Source: Tubiluchus corallicola (taxonomy: Eukaryota; Animalia; Priapulida). Taken from it: a stretch of 64,000 nucleotides of DNA. The notes beneath the pieces were generated by a model. It did not search any database, was not told the DNA's origin, and saw nothing but the letters and a program-made list of their open reading frames with translations. Shown here piece by piece: positions 12,915 to 25,657 of this stretch. Within the stretch, counting starts at the first letter, position 1. Every line of letters starts with the position of its first letter. Made by a program: the position numbers and the translations under genes. The DNA is taken from NCBI GenBank assembly GCA_030141605.1, contig JAQGDQ010000418.1:1-64000 (forward strand), given 5' to 3'.

Positions 12915-15900
12915 ATGCGTGCGTGTGCGTGTGTGTGTCTAGAAACAGCTGATCACACTCAGCAGGTTAAGCACTAGTTTTATGCTACATTTTCCATGCC
13001 TTATAAACAAATACAATGGATAAATTGTGCAAAACTTAACCGAGACTTACATGTTTGTAATCGGATTATAAAAGTTTTTTAATGACATACCTCAAAGACG
13101 TAGTAGGACACATGAGTGTCACCGAAATCTAGAATTCCTGACACTCGATACTCGGAAGAACTATTCGGTACAGGTCGAACTATTATGTTCTGTTCATTGA
13201 AATCCCCGTGTATCTGACCTGAATGAGGAAAAAGAATGTGAAAGTATTTTGGTCGATATACTGTGTGCTATAGTTTGCTACTCATTGCTTAGTTTGCTAC
13301 TTGAAAAGTAGTTTAATAAAAACACAAAACATATCACTACTTTAGGTTTAAAAGTTGCTTGTACATTTTCTGATTCACTTTTGCCATTTCACAAGTTTCT
13401 ATACAAACAATGAAATTAGTCTAGTATAGATTAAACATCTTGTATTTTCAATTGCTTTGGCTGCTAGCAGTGTCTGTGTTAAGTCAACTACTGCTCACTA
13501 CACTGATTGTTATGTATCTACAGTACTTTCGTTAACTGTAGTTTAGAACTGTTTACATGAAATGGGGCTAAAAATCAAGCTTGACTTGTTTTATTAAGTT
13601 GTAGTGGCTTCAAGTTTCACGACCTTTGAAGTTTTGTCTATGCAAAAAAGCCTGGTAGTCGTGATTTAGTTGCTAGCAAAAATTTAGAGAAAACCGAATT
13701 AAAGTACTGGTGCCTAAAGTCAAACACTTTGCATGTGGCACCTTCAAGTTAATTCTTATCTTATATAATGCTTGTTTGTGTTGATATGTTGTTTGTGTTG
13801 AATAGCAAATCAAAAAGCATAAGTCTTGAAAACAAAGGGCAGGCAGAAATCCTCCAGAAATGGGATATTTTATGTCCTCTTTCTCTCGCTGAACCCCCCT
13901 TGCAAAAGTCTTCAGTAAGAAGATACTAGATGATGACATTTTGTCCAATGTTAGGAGGAACAGGGAACCTGCTAAACTGAAAAGGCAAGTTAGCTGAAGT
14001 GCTAACACATACCTTTTGGCATAAAAGGATAACTTGGAGGCACAGTATCCTTGAATGCTTGGACCACTTCGCGTACGAGAGCTTGGTGATCGTCATCCTT
14101 TACTGCATATACGAAGTTCAACAAGTCAGGTACATTCTCCATACTCCACAGGGTTGAGTGTGTTTCAAAAACAGGGTGATGAAACTCCTGTAATAAACAA
14201 AAAATTCTTCATCACTGTAAATTTGTATCAAGTATTTATGGGTCAACTACATTTATGGAATTTTTGGGTTATTTTTGAGTAAATAAAACAGCTATTTCAT
14301 CAGCAGTTGTCATATCTTTGAATTGTGAAGTCACTACCAAGTAATATTATTCCACCATTACATGTAGCATGTGCTCTATTGTCATCTATGGAATTCACGA
14401 TGATTCTTTTGAAAAAGGCAGTTTCGCATTTTTTTAAAAAATCACGTAAAAAATAGTTTCACTCCGTCACTCCGTAATATGTTCTACTACCAAACTGCTA
14501 AACTTTATTACAGTCAAAAAGGAAATCATAAAGTCTTCAAGTAGTTTCTAATATGCTTTAAGTACAAAAAGATTAAATACAACCTTTTTAATTTGTCTTT
14601 TTTGACAGGTGTCGTACCTAAAGAACTAAAAATAGTTAAAGTAACACCAATTTATAAAAACCAAGAACGTAAACCTATTCGTTAACTACCAACCAATTTC
14701 AGTTTTGCCAGTACAGTCTAAGATTATTGAGAAGCTAATGTATAGATGCATAAACTCCATAAACAAACATAATATATTGTATGAATACCAGTTTGCCTTC
14801 TGCAAAAATCATTCTACTGTATTGCTTGTGCACTTTTAACTCTGTTGAATAAAATTATCAATAGGAATGAAAATAATGAATATACATTAGGACTTTCATG
14901 AATCTTACGAAGACTGTTGACCATCAAATTTTACAAGAAAAATTTACTTTATAGGATTAGAGGAACATGCTACAAATGGCTTGAAAGTTATTTAACTGAT
15001 ATTGTTTACTATTGTTTACTATAATAACTGCACTTCTGAAAAACTAGACATTGTATGTGGTGTCCAACAAGGCTCCATTTTGGGGCCACTATTGTTTTTA
15101 CGCTACACCAATGGTTTAGCAACTGTTTCGATATAATTATTTACGGTAATATTTGCCGATGACAATAGATTCATCTTATCTGATGAAATTGCTTATTCTC
15201 TTTGTGAAATTGTTAATCAGGAACTAAAGGAAATAAGGAACTATCAGATTAGTTGAAGGCTAATGAATTAAGTTTAAATGTAAAAGACAAATTTTATTAT
15301 TTTTACTACAAAAAAAAAAGAAAACATATCTTAGAGAGAACAATCAGATTCAAGTCGATGGAGCTTTTATCAGTCATATTAAAAAAATTAAAATTTTGGG
15401 TATTATTTCGGATGAGATTTTACCATGGAAAAAACATATCAACCATATTTGCTCAAAACTTAGTAAAGTAGTTGGAATTTCAAAAAATGTTATAAAATTT
15501 TAGATTCGTCGACTTATAAACAGCTGTATACATTTGCATCAACCTTAATTTGATTACTGCTCTATGGTACGGGGTGATACATATGCAGATACCTTAGAAA
15601 GATTATTAAAAGCTCAAAAAAGCTCATACGTCTAATGATGCACTCGCATTATAAAGCTCACAATGACAATCTCTTCAAAAATTTGAAAATACTGACAATA
15701 CCCAAGGTAGTCGTTATGCAAACTAACCTGTTCATATACAAATATGTTAATAATCTTTTGCTTAATGTGTATCACCATTTTTTCAGTTATAATAGCAGTA
15801 TGTGTTCATATCAAACTCGACAATACCACGAATTCGACAATCCTAAGCACAGAACCAATGTTATGAAACAGTCTGCCATGTATAATGGTGCTGTAATGTG

Positions 15901-18900
15901 GAATAATTTACTCAGTAAACTAAAACGAGCCAGTAATATAAATAAATTCAAGAAACTTCTAAAAAATATTTACTAAAAAATGTGTGATTTGATAAATGAC
16001 GTACGACATAAATTTTTTACCATAATCATACAATTTTATCGTACTAATACAGTTTTCATCTTTTTTTTAATTACTTATTTTTTTATTTATTAAATATATC
16101 CACAATGATCATTACAGCATTGTACATAAAAGTATTTAATAATATATTTATTATTATGTGCACAAGATGCCGAGCCGCAAATGACCCGTAGGGTACTCAA
16201 GAAGTAATTACTCGTTTATCTGCACTTTTAATTTATTTGCACATACGTGTGTGTTTATATTGTACTAACCACGTACCATGTATTCTTTACTTTTACCTGT
16301 AATTGTACTTTTTATACATTGTCAATATATTTTATAATATTTTTAATGGACACATAAGTCTCTTGACTTCTGTTCGTAGTAAAGTTTGAAATTTCTATTT
16401 CTCTAAAAAATTGAATAGTGCATACAAATGCCATACCTGGGACATAAAAACACCCCAGGACTGTTCAAATTTAAATAACCAATTAATCAGATTACTGATT
16501 AGTAGACATCAACATACAATTAGCACATATTTTGGTAATTTTCTTTACAGAGTAAGTAATATCTGTAGTATATTTCTTTCATTTCTACACCAATTTGTGC
16601 TGGTTGTTAGTGAAGTTGAAGCAGAAAAATGACGAAGAGACAAATTAACTCTACTACTAATATTTTCAAAATTTTCTACCTGTAAAGCTGCATTTAGCAA
16701 GGCAACATATTTTCCGCACTGATAAAATAAGTCGGCTGTAAAAGGCACTTCATAGAGAATCTTCCCCGGTACGTAAGACATCAAGCGAACGGCATGTCGG
16801 CTCGGGGCGGCACCACTTCCTACAACTATAAAACATCATTTCCGGTTTTAGTCTTTTAAACAAAAAGCTTACAAAGAAGCAGACATAAGAGCAAAAAAGA
16901 GCATTAACAATAAAACCAAAAAAACTTTGCAAATTTTCATTACAAAAATTTCAAATTTAAATGACAAATCTAAATGAAATTACACATCGATTACATTAAA
17001 CAATACACTTTACTGTGACTTTAGGGACCTTAGCACAACAACAAGAATCTGAATGTCATTAAATTTAAGCTTATTGCAAAATTTGCAAATTTACCATTGT
17101 TAGCCGTCCACGCGTCATCCGCATTCAACGTCTCCAGTGAAAAAAATTTGCCGTTAACATTTTTGATTGGATACGGAACCTCGAATTCTCGCCCGTGGAG
17201 GAATAGCAGCAGCGAGTTCATACCATCTAGAAGAATAACAAAAAATGAAGCAAGTAATAACTATAATTTGCAAAATAGATAATATAAGATACTATATATA
17301 AAATCCTGATGAGAACTGGAAGCTACCAATAACGTTCCTAACACCTATAAAAGAAAAAAGTCGGTATGTCAGAATAAATAAGACTAAACAGCACTGTTAT
17401 ACTAGAGTCATTGGTTGCTCAGCTCAAACTGCTGTTCATTTGCTACATGCTATTCATTTCAGCCAGATAAAATCATCTTCAAATGAGTCATTTTACTCAA
17501 AACATTGCAGAACAGTGTTTAAGATTTGTCAAATTTTCTCACAAATGCTCAGATATTGGTAAAAATAGAAACAGACCACACATGGGTATATTTACCAATA
17601 CTCTAACAAGTCTGTAGCCTATGGTGCCAGATTTTCCTCAGAAAATAAGTATCCTCTCATACTTTTATAAAGTATAAAGTGGGTAATTTATAACACACTA
17701 CAAGTAGTTCTGCAGGTGACGCTTTATATAAGCCGTTACATCAATTGCGCAGCCTACTTAGATATAAGCACTATACAAATACATTTAATTAACAATAACC
17801 AAGTATATACTAGGACCTGGTAATAGTGCTACTAATACAACACAAGTAATTCTCCATTGGAAATTCATCATATCTGTCATACATAATTGCATCACAACTG
17901 CTATGACAGTTTAAATATATCACACCGTGGCAAGTTTATCCTAGGCCAATTTCACGCAAATTAATTCCTGTATTATACATCAGGTCCAAAATGTCAGTAA
18001 AATCGACAAAGTAGAAATGATCTAAAAAGAGGTACCCCAATGAGCTTAGAAGGTTCTAAGCTCATCAAAATTGCAGTTTGTTTTACTTTTAAAAACAAAA
18101 TTCGGGTTGCCATGATTTACCCCAACAAAGGAACAGTCCAAAATACAGTTAAAAATATTGATCACAAACCCATGAAACCAGGTTTTTGGGAATCTAGACT
18201 GTTCTGGATCTTTAATGTGTATCCATGTGGACTCACTTCCCGTATATATGGATTATTGTTGTTTTCCTCTTCCACCAGTATGTGAAAATTCCTGTCATCA
18301 TAGCTGTTTAGTTCCTGCATTAAAACACCAAAAATGCAAATTAAAAATTTTTAGCCACTAGATTTCAGTAGAAAATGGGGTAATTTGCAATAAAATCAAG
18401 ATTATGATAACAGTGAATTTTGCAATGGTCCATAAAGCAAGTGTAGGGCATGGGGTTTGTTGCGTGGTCACTGTATACTCTTAGCACTGAAGTTAGGCAA
18501 CACTGAGATAAATCAGTAAATGTAAGTTGGCAATCCATTCTGCATATTGCCACCTTACCCCTACCAAAGACACCTTTGCTAGTTCAGCATCTTACCTTTG
18601 AGGAACCCTTGATAATGTGTACGTGCCAGTCCCTCTGCACTCATCCAATGAACAGACCTTCCTGTTGTAGCATGAATCCCTAATTAAACAGTGTCAATCA
18701 ATATAAAAAACTAAGATTTTGCATAGGATATTCAATCTTTCAGAAATGGCATTAGTTGACAACACTCACAAAATCAATAATTACACCTAAAAATCAATGA
18801 TGAGTAATGACAGCAGAATTAACCCTTTTACAAATAGCTAAATGGATCTTTCCACTGTGGATAAGGGATTACATCTAGCACTCAACGGAACGGGATTAGT

Positions 18901-20143
18901 TTTTAAGCCTCTACAGGAAGACTGATCAATAAAACATATTCACTAGAAATTGGCTCTCTTAATGGGCTCTGAACACATTCCTCTCTTTGAAAGTGTTTTA
19001 CCTATAATCACCTCTATACTGGCCAAGCCTGGCTTCAAACTTGCATTACACCAAATACACAAACCATTTAAAAAATAAGTAGTCCAGTTAAGTGTCTGAA
19101 TAAGTGAAATAATTTAAGCTATCTTACAGAATCTAGGTCCACTGTCTAAATTTATTCTAAAGGCAATGCCTGTGCATTGTGCAATGATGTGTAACATAAA
19201 TCACAACATTTACAACTTACGATATATACATGATATGCAATACACATTATCGAACCAGCATCAATTACAAATAATACAGTCAACCTCAGGTTATAAGGGA
19301 CCACCAACACGGTCCCGATTTTTCGTAACGTTTTTCCTATGTAAAAATGTTCGTATATAAGGTACTCGGATATAAGGGACTTTCAGTTATAAGGGACGAT
19401 ATCTTCAGGTCCCGCGTAACAGAAACCCAGGTAAACTACCTCGCATGTAAGGGACCCTATGATCAAAGTGAAATTGATCGACTTTTAACGTCTATTTTTT
19501 GCAAATTCGGCCTTCGAACAGCTCAGTTTCCGCGGTCACATACATCTCGCATCACTGAAGGAGCTTCCTACACACTGTTTGCATGAATGTGTAGCAATAA
19601 TCCATAAAAACATGGGTAAAAGTACAGACAAGTACAGGTCTAGATACACCCTCGGTCTGACTCAACTTCGGCTATAAGGATCGGATATAAGGGACGGTTT
19701 TTTCCGGTCCCGAAGTGTCCCTTATATCCGAGATTGACTGTACAATACGCATTAAGGAACCAGCATCAATTATGAACACTATTAATCTATACAAGGAATG
19801 CAATGATCCAATAGTAGATAAGATTATCATTCTATATGGCCACAATACAGCTTCCTGCAAGTGTGAACGCTATGTGCAGCAAAATGAGCAGATAAAAGAT
19901 GATACACACCTCAAGATGAGACACACAAACATCTTAACACTAGAAGTTAACAGAAATCCATACCTTAATTTTCTTCACCTCCAAGCCAAACAGTCGTCGT
20001 ACCATCTCCAACGCCAACTCTTGCGGTACGGAGGGACGAACAACCTCCCCAGGTTGTAACACAGACTCTCTATTTCCTTCCGCAAGGTCACCTTCTGGTC
20101 CAATTTGCTCAATGCCTTTCTTCAGTTCTTTTTCCTCTGCCAT
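10064..20143 (-). CDS. HYKK: Hydroxylysine kinase (aminoglycoside phosphotransferase/choline-kinase fold), 8 coding exons, about 405 aa
   Basis: Exons 20143-19964, 18314-18170, 17226-17095, 16819-16680, 14187-14013, 13218-13091, 11912-11784, 10252-10064. All introns are GT-AG, phases are consistent, and the total is 1218 nt. Motifs LNSYDDRNF, VRLMSYVPG, IHGDFNEQNI (catalytic loop), GILDFGD, GHVLAGY and DPGNEYLL match HYKK/AGPHD1. Confidence 0.93.
11009..11518. mobile_element. hAT-like MITE in HYKK intron 7
   Basis: Degenerate TIR (CAGTGGCGGCTCGT type). 8-bp TSD GCAAAGAA / GCAAAGAC (7/8 match). A homologous copy lies at 61363-62120. Confidence 0.65.
11784..11912 (-). CDS. HYKK: HYKK coding exon 7
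   Basis: tttatag|VAMVIMYMYTQNRSVPFLDVGGHVLAGYTSVRPVSDKELDILK|gtaact. Confidence 0.9.
12460..12866. mobile_element. Kolobok-like MITE (family related to family A)
   Basis: ATAA|AGGAAAACCGGA ... TCCAGTCTTCCT|TTAA. The termini match those of 135-735, and it shares GTTAGTTTCTGACG. Confidence 0.6.
12872..12938. repeat. (TG)n/(TGCG)n microsatellite
   Basis: Directly visible. Confidence 0.95.
13091..13218 (-). CDS. HYKK: HYKK coding exon 6 (catalytic HGDFN and DFGD motifs)
   Basis: cattcag|(G)QIHGDFNEQNIIVRPVPNSSSEYRVSGILDFGDTHVSYYVFE|gtatgt. Confidence 0.95.
14013..14187 (-). CDS. HYKK: HYKK coding exon 5
   Basis: attacag|EFHHPVFETHSTLWSMENVPDLLNFVYAVKDDDHQALVREVVQAFKDTVPPSYPFMPK|gtatgt. Confidence 0.9.
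14430..16390 (+). mobile_element. 5'-truncated, decayed L2/CR1-clade LINE (RT pseudogene) in HYKK intron 4, antisense to host
   Basis: Frameshifted RT motifs: KVTPIYK..NYQPISVLP, CGVQQGSILGPLLF, IFADD, ANELSLN, and a C-terminal YNGAVMWNNL..FKKLLK, followed by an AT-rich 3' UTR. Confidence 0.85.
16680..16819 (-). CDS. HYKK: HYKK coding exon 4
   Basis: ttgtag|(G)SGAAPSRHAVRLMSYVPGKILYEVPFTADLFYQCGKYVALLNAALQ|gtagaa. An alternative in-frame acceptor lies 6 nt upstream (16825). Confidence 0.88.
17095..17226 (-). CDS. HYKK: HYKK coding exon 3
   Basis: ttctag|(D)GMNSLLLFLHGREFEVPYPIKNVNGKFFSLETLNADDAWTANN|gtaaat. Confidence 0.88.
18170..18314 (-). CDS. HYKK: HYKK coding exon 2
   Basis: atgcag|ELNSYDDRNFHILVEEENNNNPYIREVSPHGYTLKIQNSLDSQKPGFM|gtttgt. 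Confidence 0.9.
19277..19740. mobile_element. pogo/Tigger-like MITE in HYKK intron 1
   Basis: TA|CAGTCAACCTCAGGTTATAAGGGA ... TCCCTTATATCCGAGATTGACTG|TA, with internal repeated (GG)ATATAAGGGA subterminal motifs. Confidence 0.8.
19964..20143 (-). CDS. HYKK: HYKK coding exon 1
   Basis: MAEEKELKK...LQPGEVVRPSVPQELALEMVRRLFGLEVKKIK|gtatgg. An acceptor ttttacag ending at 20205 implies an upstream non-coding exon. Confidence 0.88.
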
Positions 20144-21329
20144 GCTGTACGTTTAGCATGTGAATAATTAAGAAATAAATTAGAAGATTAGCTAGTGCTG
20201 CCACCTGTAAAAATTATTATAGAACATAAGGAGTCAGTGTAACTTCAAACTTTGCAGCAAAAAGTGATTTCATAAAAAAGAAGTTTAGTATATTTTTAAT
20301 TATAGCAACATAATTTTAATTGGCTAAAGGCCCAATTTTTCCATTAGGCCTATAATTCAGAACATTAAGCCTAAGTTTGCGTAATTATATGACACAAGCT
20401 GGACTCAACCGTCTTGTATAATTTATAATGAGTAATAATTCTATATCAGTAAAATTGTTATTTCCGGGACACAATTATCATAATGAGTCGCAAACTGAAT
20501 GACACTTCGTTTTAATGCTAATGAACAAATTAATTTACATCAGCCAATTCCTATACAGTATTCTATAATAAAAAAACTTTCTCTGTCTGTGCTCTACATC
20601 TCTGGAATAACTTACCTATTGCTATACATTCAACAAGTTCACTAGATTGTTTTAAACTACATCTTAAAACACATTTGTTTAAATTGTACATGTTACTATG
20701 AATTAATTTTAATATTTAATGTCTTTTAAATTTTATGTTTCTTATGAATTTTAAACGTATTTCATTGTTCAACGTGCTGAGATTTTAAATGATGTAGTAG
20801 CGCACTATATAAATAAATTTTTCATTACATTATACTATAGGCCTCATAGGCCTTCAATTATATTACTTGTTACTATATAACGTTACTAGTATATAGTTAC
20901 TAGTATACTACATATATTGTTACTAGTAAAACCTATATAACTAACATACCAAAAAAAAAGATTTTTCACAAAAATGAAATAAAAGCAAACGTTCAGTAAG
21001 ATAGGTACTTGACTGCACACTATCAGTGAAATGTCTAAAAATACATAAATATCTTGTATCACATAAATGGGTTCACGGCCGCCCATAAGCTAACAGCAAA
21101 TAAAGCAAGACAAGCAGTTTGTCTCTCTGCCTCACACACCTAACAAAATTTTTCAGCTGTGTCAACACTGATACTATCGATTACCCAGCAGAGCATGCTG
21201 GATAAGTCAGCAACTTGCTCGGCCGTTCCATGAAGCCCTTTATCGTTCGCTAGATCTCAGCACATCCTTGTACAATTACAGCCACATCTCGCTAGAAATC
21301 TCACATCAGTTGTTAGAAGGAATTAGGGG

Positions 21330-23085
21330 ATTTGTGTAAATTCGTAGATCGCTGGACTGACAAGCCTCGTAAAACTGTTTCATTGGCATTGACTGAGCAT
21401 GCATCTGTAATAGCCACGCATATGACTTACATTGCTAATCAGATAATTATGAGAGGCGAATTTCCAATTGTATGTAAAATGGCAAACGTGACTCCAATCC
21501 ACAAAAAAGATCCAAAATGTGATCCCATGAATTATCGCCCAATTTCTGTAATCCATTGTTTTGGCAAAGTTTGGGAAAGAATTATTTATGATCAGGTAAA
21601 TTCATACGTAAATAAACATGAACTTTTAATAAAACATCAGCTTGGCTTCCGTAAACACCATTCAACCATTGACGCCCTAATACACACAACAGAAAATTGG
21701 AGATATAGTTTAGACAACAAGCAATACATTTTAGCGGCATTTTTGGATTTAAGTAAAGCATTCGATCACGAACTAGCATTAATCACGAACTACTTTACGA
21801 TAACTTAAAACAAATCGGATTTGATTCGATATCGTTAAAACTGATAGAAAATTATCTCAAAGATAGACAACAACGAGTAAAGTTAGATACAACCAACTTA
21901 TCTGACTGGGCCACGTTAAACAGAGGTATACCGCAAGGAAGGAACACTACTAGGTCCGCTATTATTTTGCCTATATATAAACAACATATCCAGTGCATTA
22001 CAACACTCACAAATAACGCAATACGCTGATGACACTACAATCTACATAGTCCATGAAAATATCCAAAGTACAAAAAATTATTTAGAAAAAGATACAAAAA
22101 TATAAATATAGCATTTAGTCATTACAAGCTAAAAAAACAGAATTCCTGATACTGTCACCCTCATTAAATACTAACGATGCATCATCAACCACTTTGACAA
22201 TAGATAATGCTGTAATCAAACAAACTAATAATGTTAAATTTCTAGGCATACAGGTAGACAATAATCTTTCATGGGATGAACACTTTAATAACATATACAC
22301 AAAAACGACATCTAGCACATCATATCTCCGACAAGTTAAAGGGCAACTAACAAAAAAAACTAAAACACTAATATATAAAACTTTAGTTCAACCACACTTC
22401 TTATATGGATGTACGCTACTTCAAAAAACCAAGAGAAAATTACTTAAAATTAAATCTCCTTCAGAACAATTAGATGAGATTGAGAGCTGGGTACTCATAC
22501 AAACGTAAGGCAGGTAGACAAAAATTCAAAGCTTCAACAACTAACCTGAGAAAAACTTTAAAATTCCCAGTCATTGAAGCACACAAAGAATATTTTACTC
22601 TGCTTTTTATATTTAAATACATTAACAACATCAGCAGACCATTCCAAAATAACAGATTTACCTTTTTTCCAAATCCTATCATTAATTCCAGAACAAGCAA
22701 TCTAAAACAAATTAGGACAAATACCCACTATGGAACGAACTCTGTAATCAAACAAGCAATTCTTTTTTGGAAATCTCTACCATTACAGGTTAAACAAATC
22801 AAGTCCTTATCAGCATTTAAAACAAAATTAAAATCACTAATATTAATCAGATATGAAATACCATCACACCAGTACGACAACATACACGCTAATTCAGAAT
22901 TCATATATCCACGGCCATATTAATTAAATCATAGTTTTTTCATTTTTTGTGCATAGTTGTAAATATGTTTGATTTTACTCGTCGTTACTTTCCATTACTG
23001 AACAGTAGTTTAGATTGCACTGACGCATTTGCCTTTAGAAGTGTAAGTTTTTATTAACTAACACTGATTGATCATCTCTGTAAAG
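21330..23085 (+). mobile_element. 5'-truncated decayed L2/CR1-clade LINE (RT pseudogene)
   Basis: ANVTPIHKK..NYRPISV, QLGFRKHHST, FLDLSKAFD, GIPQG..LGPLLF, QYADD, VKFLGIQVDNNLSW, LFWKSLP..FKTKLK, with stops and frameshifts. Confidence 0.88.
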
Positions 23086-23191
23086 TTTTTATCAGTGATT
23101 ATCAATGTAGTTTAATGGCAAATAAAGATTATTATATATATATATATATATATATACAAATATATGCGCTAATAATAATTGCAGGCCTGTA

Positions 23192-23379
23192 CAGTCAAAC
23201 CGCTTTATCTCGCCTACTTCGTGACTGCAAAAAATTGGCGTTATGGCGAGTTTGGCATTATAACAAAATGCATTCGTACGTGAATTTGTATGCAAATATA
23301 AAAATGCAGTTTTGCTAAAAAATATGGACGCTAAGCGAGGTTAGCATTATAGAGGAGACATTATAATGAAGTCTGACTA
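23192..23379. mobile_element. Short Tc1/pogo-type MITE
   Basis: TA|CAGTCAAACCGCTTTAT ... ATAATGAAGTCTGACTA. A similar degenerate copy lies at about 24870-25040. Confidence 0.45.
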
Positions 23380-23849
23380 TTTTTTGTATGCGATTTCACA
23401 TACACATCTAGGCATGTACACGAAAATGTAGTAGAATGGTGTTCATGATGTAGAGCATCTATGTAACATAAATTCCTAAAGTTTCCTGTCCTTTACACAC
23501 TATCATTCCGACAAACAAACACAGGAGCTAAACCTAAGCTAAATCTATCTACAACTTAAAATTTGAATCAACGTGGATTTGCACGCTGCGTTAATAGTTT
23601 ACAAAATCAGACACGTTAAAAAGTAACGTTTAGTACGGAATCTGCATGCACAAAAACTCACCTAAAAGGTTAAGAAATATCACTATAAACAGCCAGTTGT
23701 TCAGCACGCAATCCACTAACCAGCAACTTTACTCATAACAAACAAAAAATACAGAAAATCTACATTGCAGCCTTGGCTTGTCCTTTCTAGCTCCAAAACA
23801 GGTAGAAAATATACCTTGCGGCGCGCCTCACCTGCTGTACATTTAACAG

Positions 23850-23859
23850 GTCACGTGAC
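23850..23859. promoter_or_regulatory. Perfect palindromic GTCACGTGAC (CLEAR/E-box) near the probable HYKK promoter
   Basis: Exact 10-mer next to a small CpG patch (GCGGCGCGCC) and candidate minus-strand first-exon donors at 23831 (CAG|GTGAGG) and 23661 (TAG|GTGAGT). Confidence 0.4.
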
Positions 23860-25657
23860 ACAAACAAAACACAGACGACTAGAGTTTCTTTAGGTGTATT
23901 CGACAGGTGCCAACATTGGTATTACCTTCATAGCTTCCACAGATTTACAGTGCATATTAACAATTTAATAAGTAAATAATTTACACAGTCCGCACCTTTA
24001 TAAGCGTAGATTTGAACTTTTAACAAAAAAGTTGCTAGATAACAATAAAAAACAAATTCAACATTTTACCAATTTCAAAAAAGATATTTATTAGTAAACA
24101 ATAAAGGAGTTGTAAACATTGATCAACAAAAAAAACGTGCAAAATGCAAGAAAGCATAATATATGGTACTAATTTCAGGCAATTAAAAAATATTTATTGC
24201 CGCTATAAGAAAAACAAGAATATACGTAATAATCATTCATCTTTATGGTACACACAATTCATAAACCTCGTGTATTCCTAGATCTACTTAAAACTAGGCT
24301 ATCTACAGTTGATGTTTGAGTGCAAACGTGGCAGCATTGCGCTTCGGTCCCTGTTATAGGATGAAGTCTCAGAACACCAGCAATGATTGGAAACTAAATA
24401 CTAAGGCATCACAATTGAGCTACAGTAAGTAAACATTTTAAAGCATATTTACAAGTGTTGTCATCACAGTTCAATTTCATGTGCATTTAGCAAAATAAAA
24501 TGACTTATTGGCAGTAACTCTCCACAATAATTAGTTACTCTCAACTTATGCTATATGCATTGTTCTGACGAGCTTTCACATGCAGAGATTACAGAAGGCA
24601 GAAGAGCTGGGCAAAAAGAGAATGATATTCAGAATAATATCGATCCCTTTTCGCCAAGTTCTTCAATCTCTGCAATCTCTGTATGTTATTCAGAATGTGG
24701 AAATTTCTAGGTAATTAATTCATTTATAGTTCATAACTATAAATGAATGGTCATAACAACAACAACAAAAAAATCAATACGTACGTGACACCAAACGTCT
24801 CCTAATTGGTCTTAACTTTCACAACCTCAACATAAATGCATTTTACAAATAATCTCAAATGCAGGATTCACAGTCTAGCCTCACTATAATGCTCCATTTA
24901 TAATGAAAAAAATTGCTTAATGTCCAAACTTTTGGCAAAAAAATCTATATTTTTGTTATATCTATATTATGTTGCATAGACATGTATACACTAATGCCAA
25001 ACTTACTTAATGGCAACTTTTTTGCAGTTCCTAAGCAGGTGGTATAAAGAGGTTTGATGTAATTATTTCTATGCAAAACAAATATAAACATGTTTTATTT
25101 GGCCAGTACCATTCCAATGCAATCTTTCGTAAAATCTACTGGTAGACATGTAAGTGCTGAAAATGAACTAAAACTTACTTACACACAGCCAGACACATAA
25201 CTACTAAGAACATAAATAACAATTTACCAGATGCAAATCTACCAAATTTAAGATAAATATTTTACAGCAAAGTGTACTACTACATTATTTATATTATTCA
25301 ATAATCGTACTATTCAGTAGTCCTACTATTGCATTAAAAGGGTGACTTTTCTCACTATGAAACTAATTCACCAGTATTAACGATGCTCTAAGTCAACAGA
25401 CGGAAACCAGCAAATGTTTAAAGACATTCAATGTCACTGCAACCATTAGTAAAATTGTGAAATGCACTTTTGTCAGCAGCAGGTGAGTATTTGTTAAAAT
25501 ACCTCAATTAATTTGTCTTAACCAGTTACAAATTTATCTAAAATTAATGATAAACTACTGCAAACAATTGTAGTTCAATAATAACTGCAGCGGCAATTGA
25601 AATGTTTGGAGTTTTACATACATACTTCTATTGAACTTAGAAAGTTGACATTCTCAA

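Noticed and set aside
13091-13218. Aminoglycoside-resistance kinase
   Set aside because: The HGDFN/DFGD motifs belong to an intron-split animal HYKK with the same fold.
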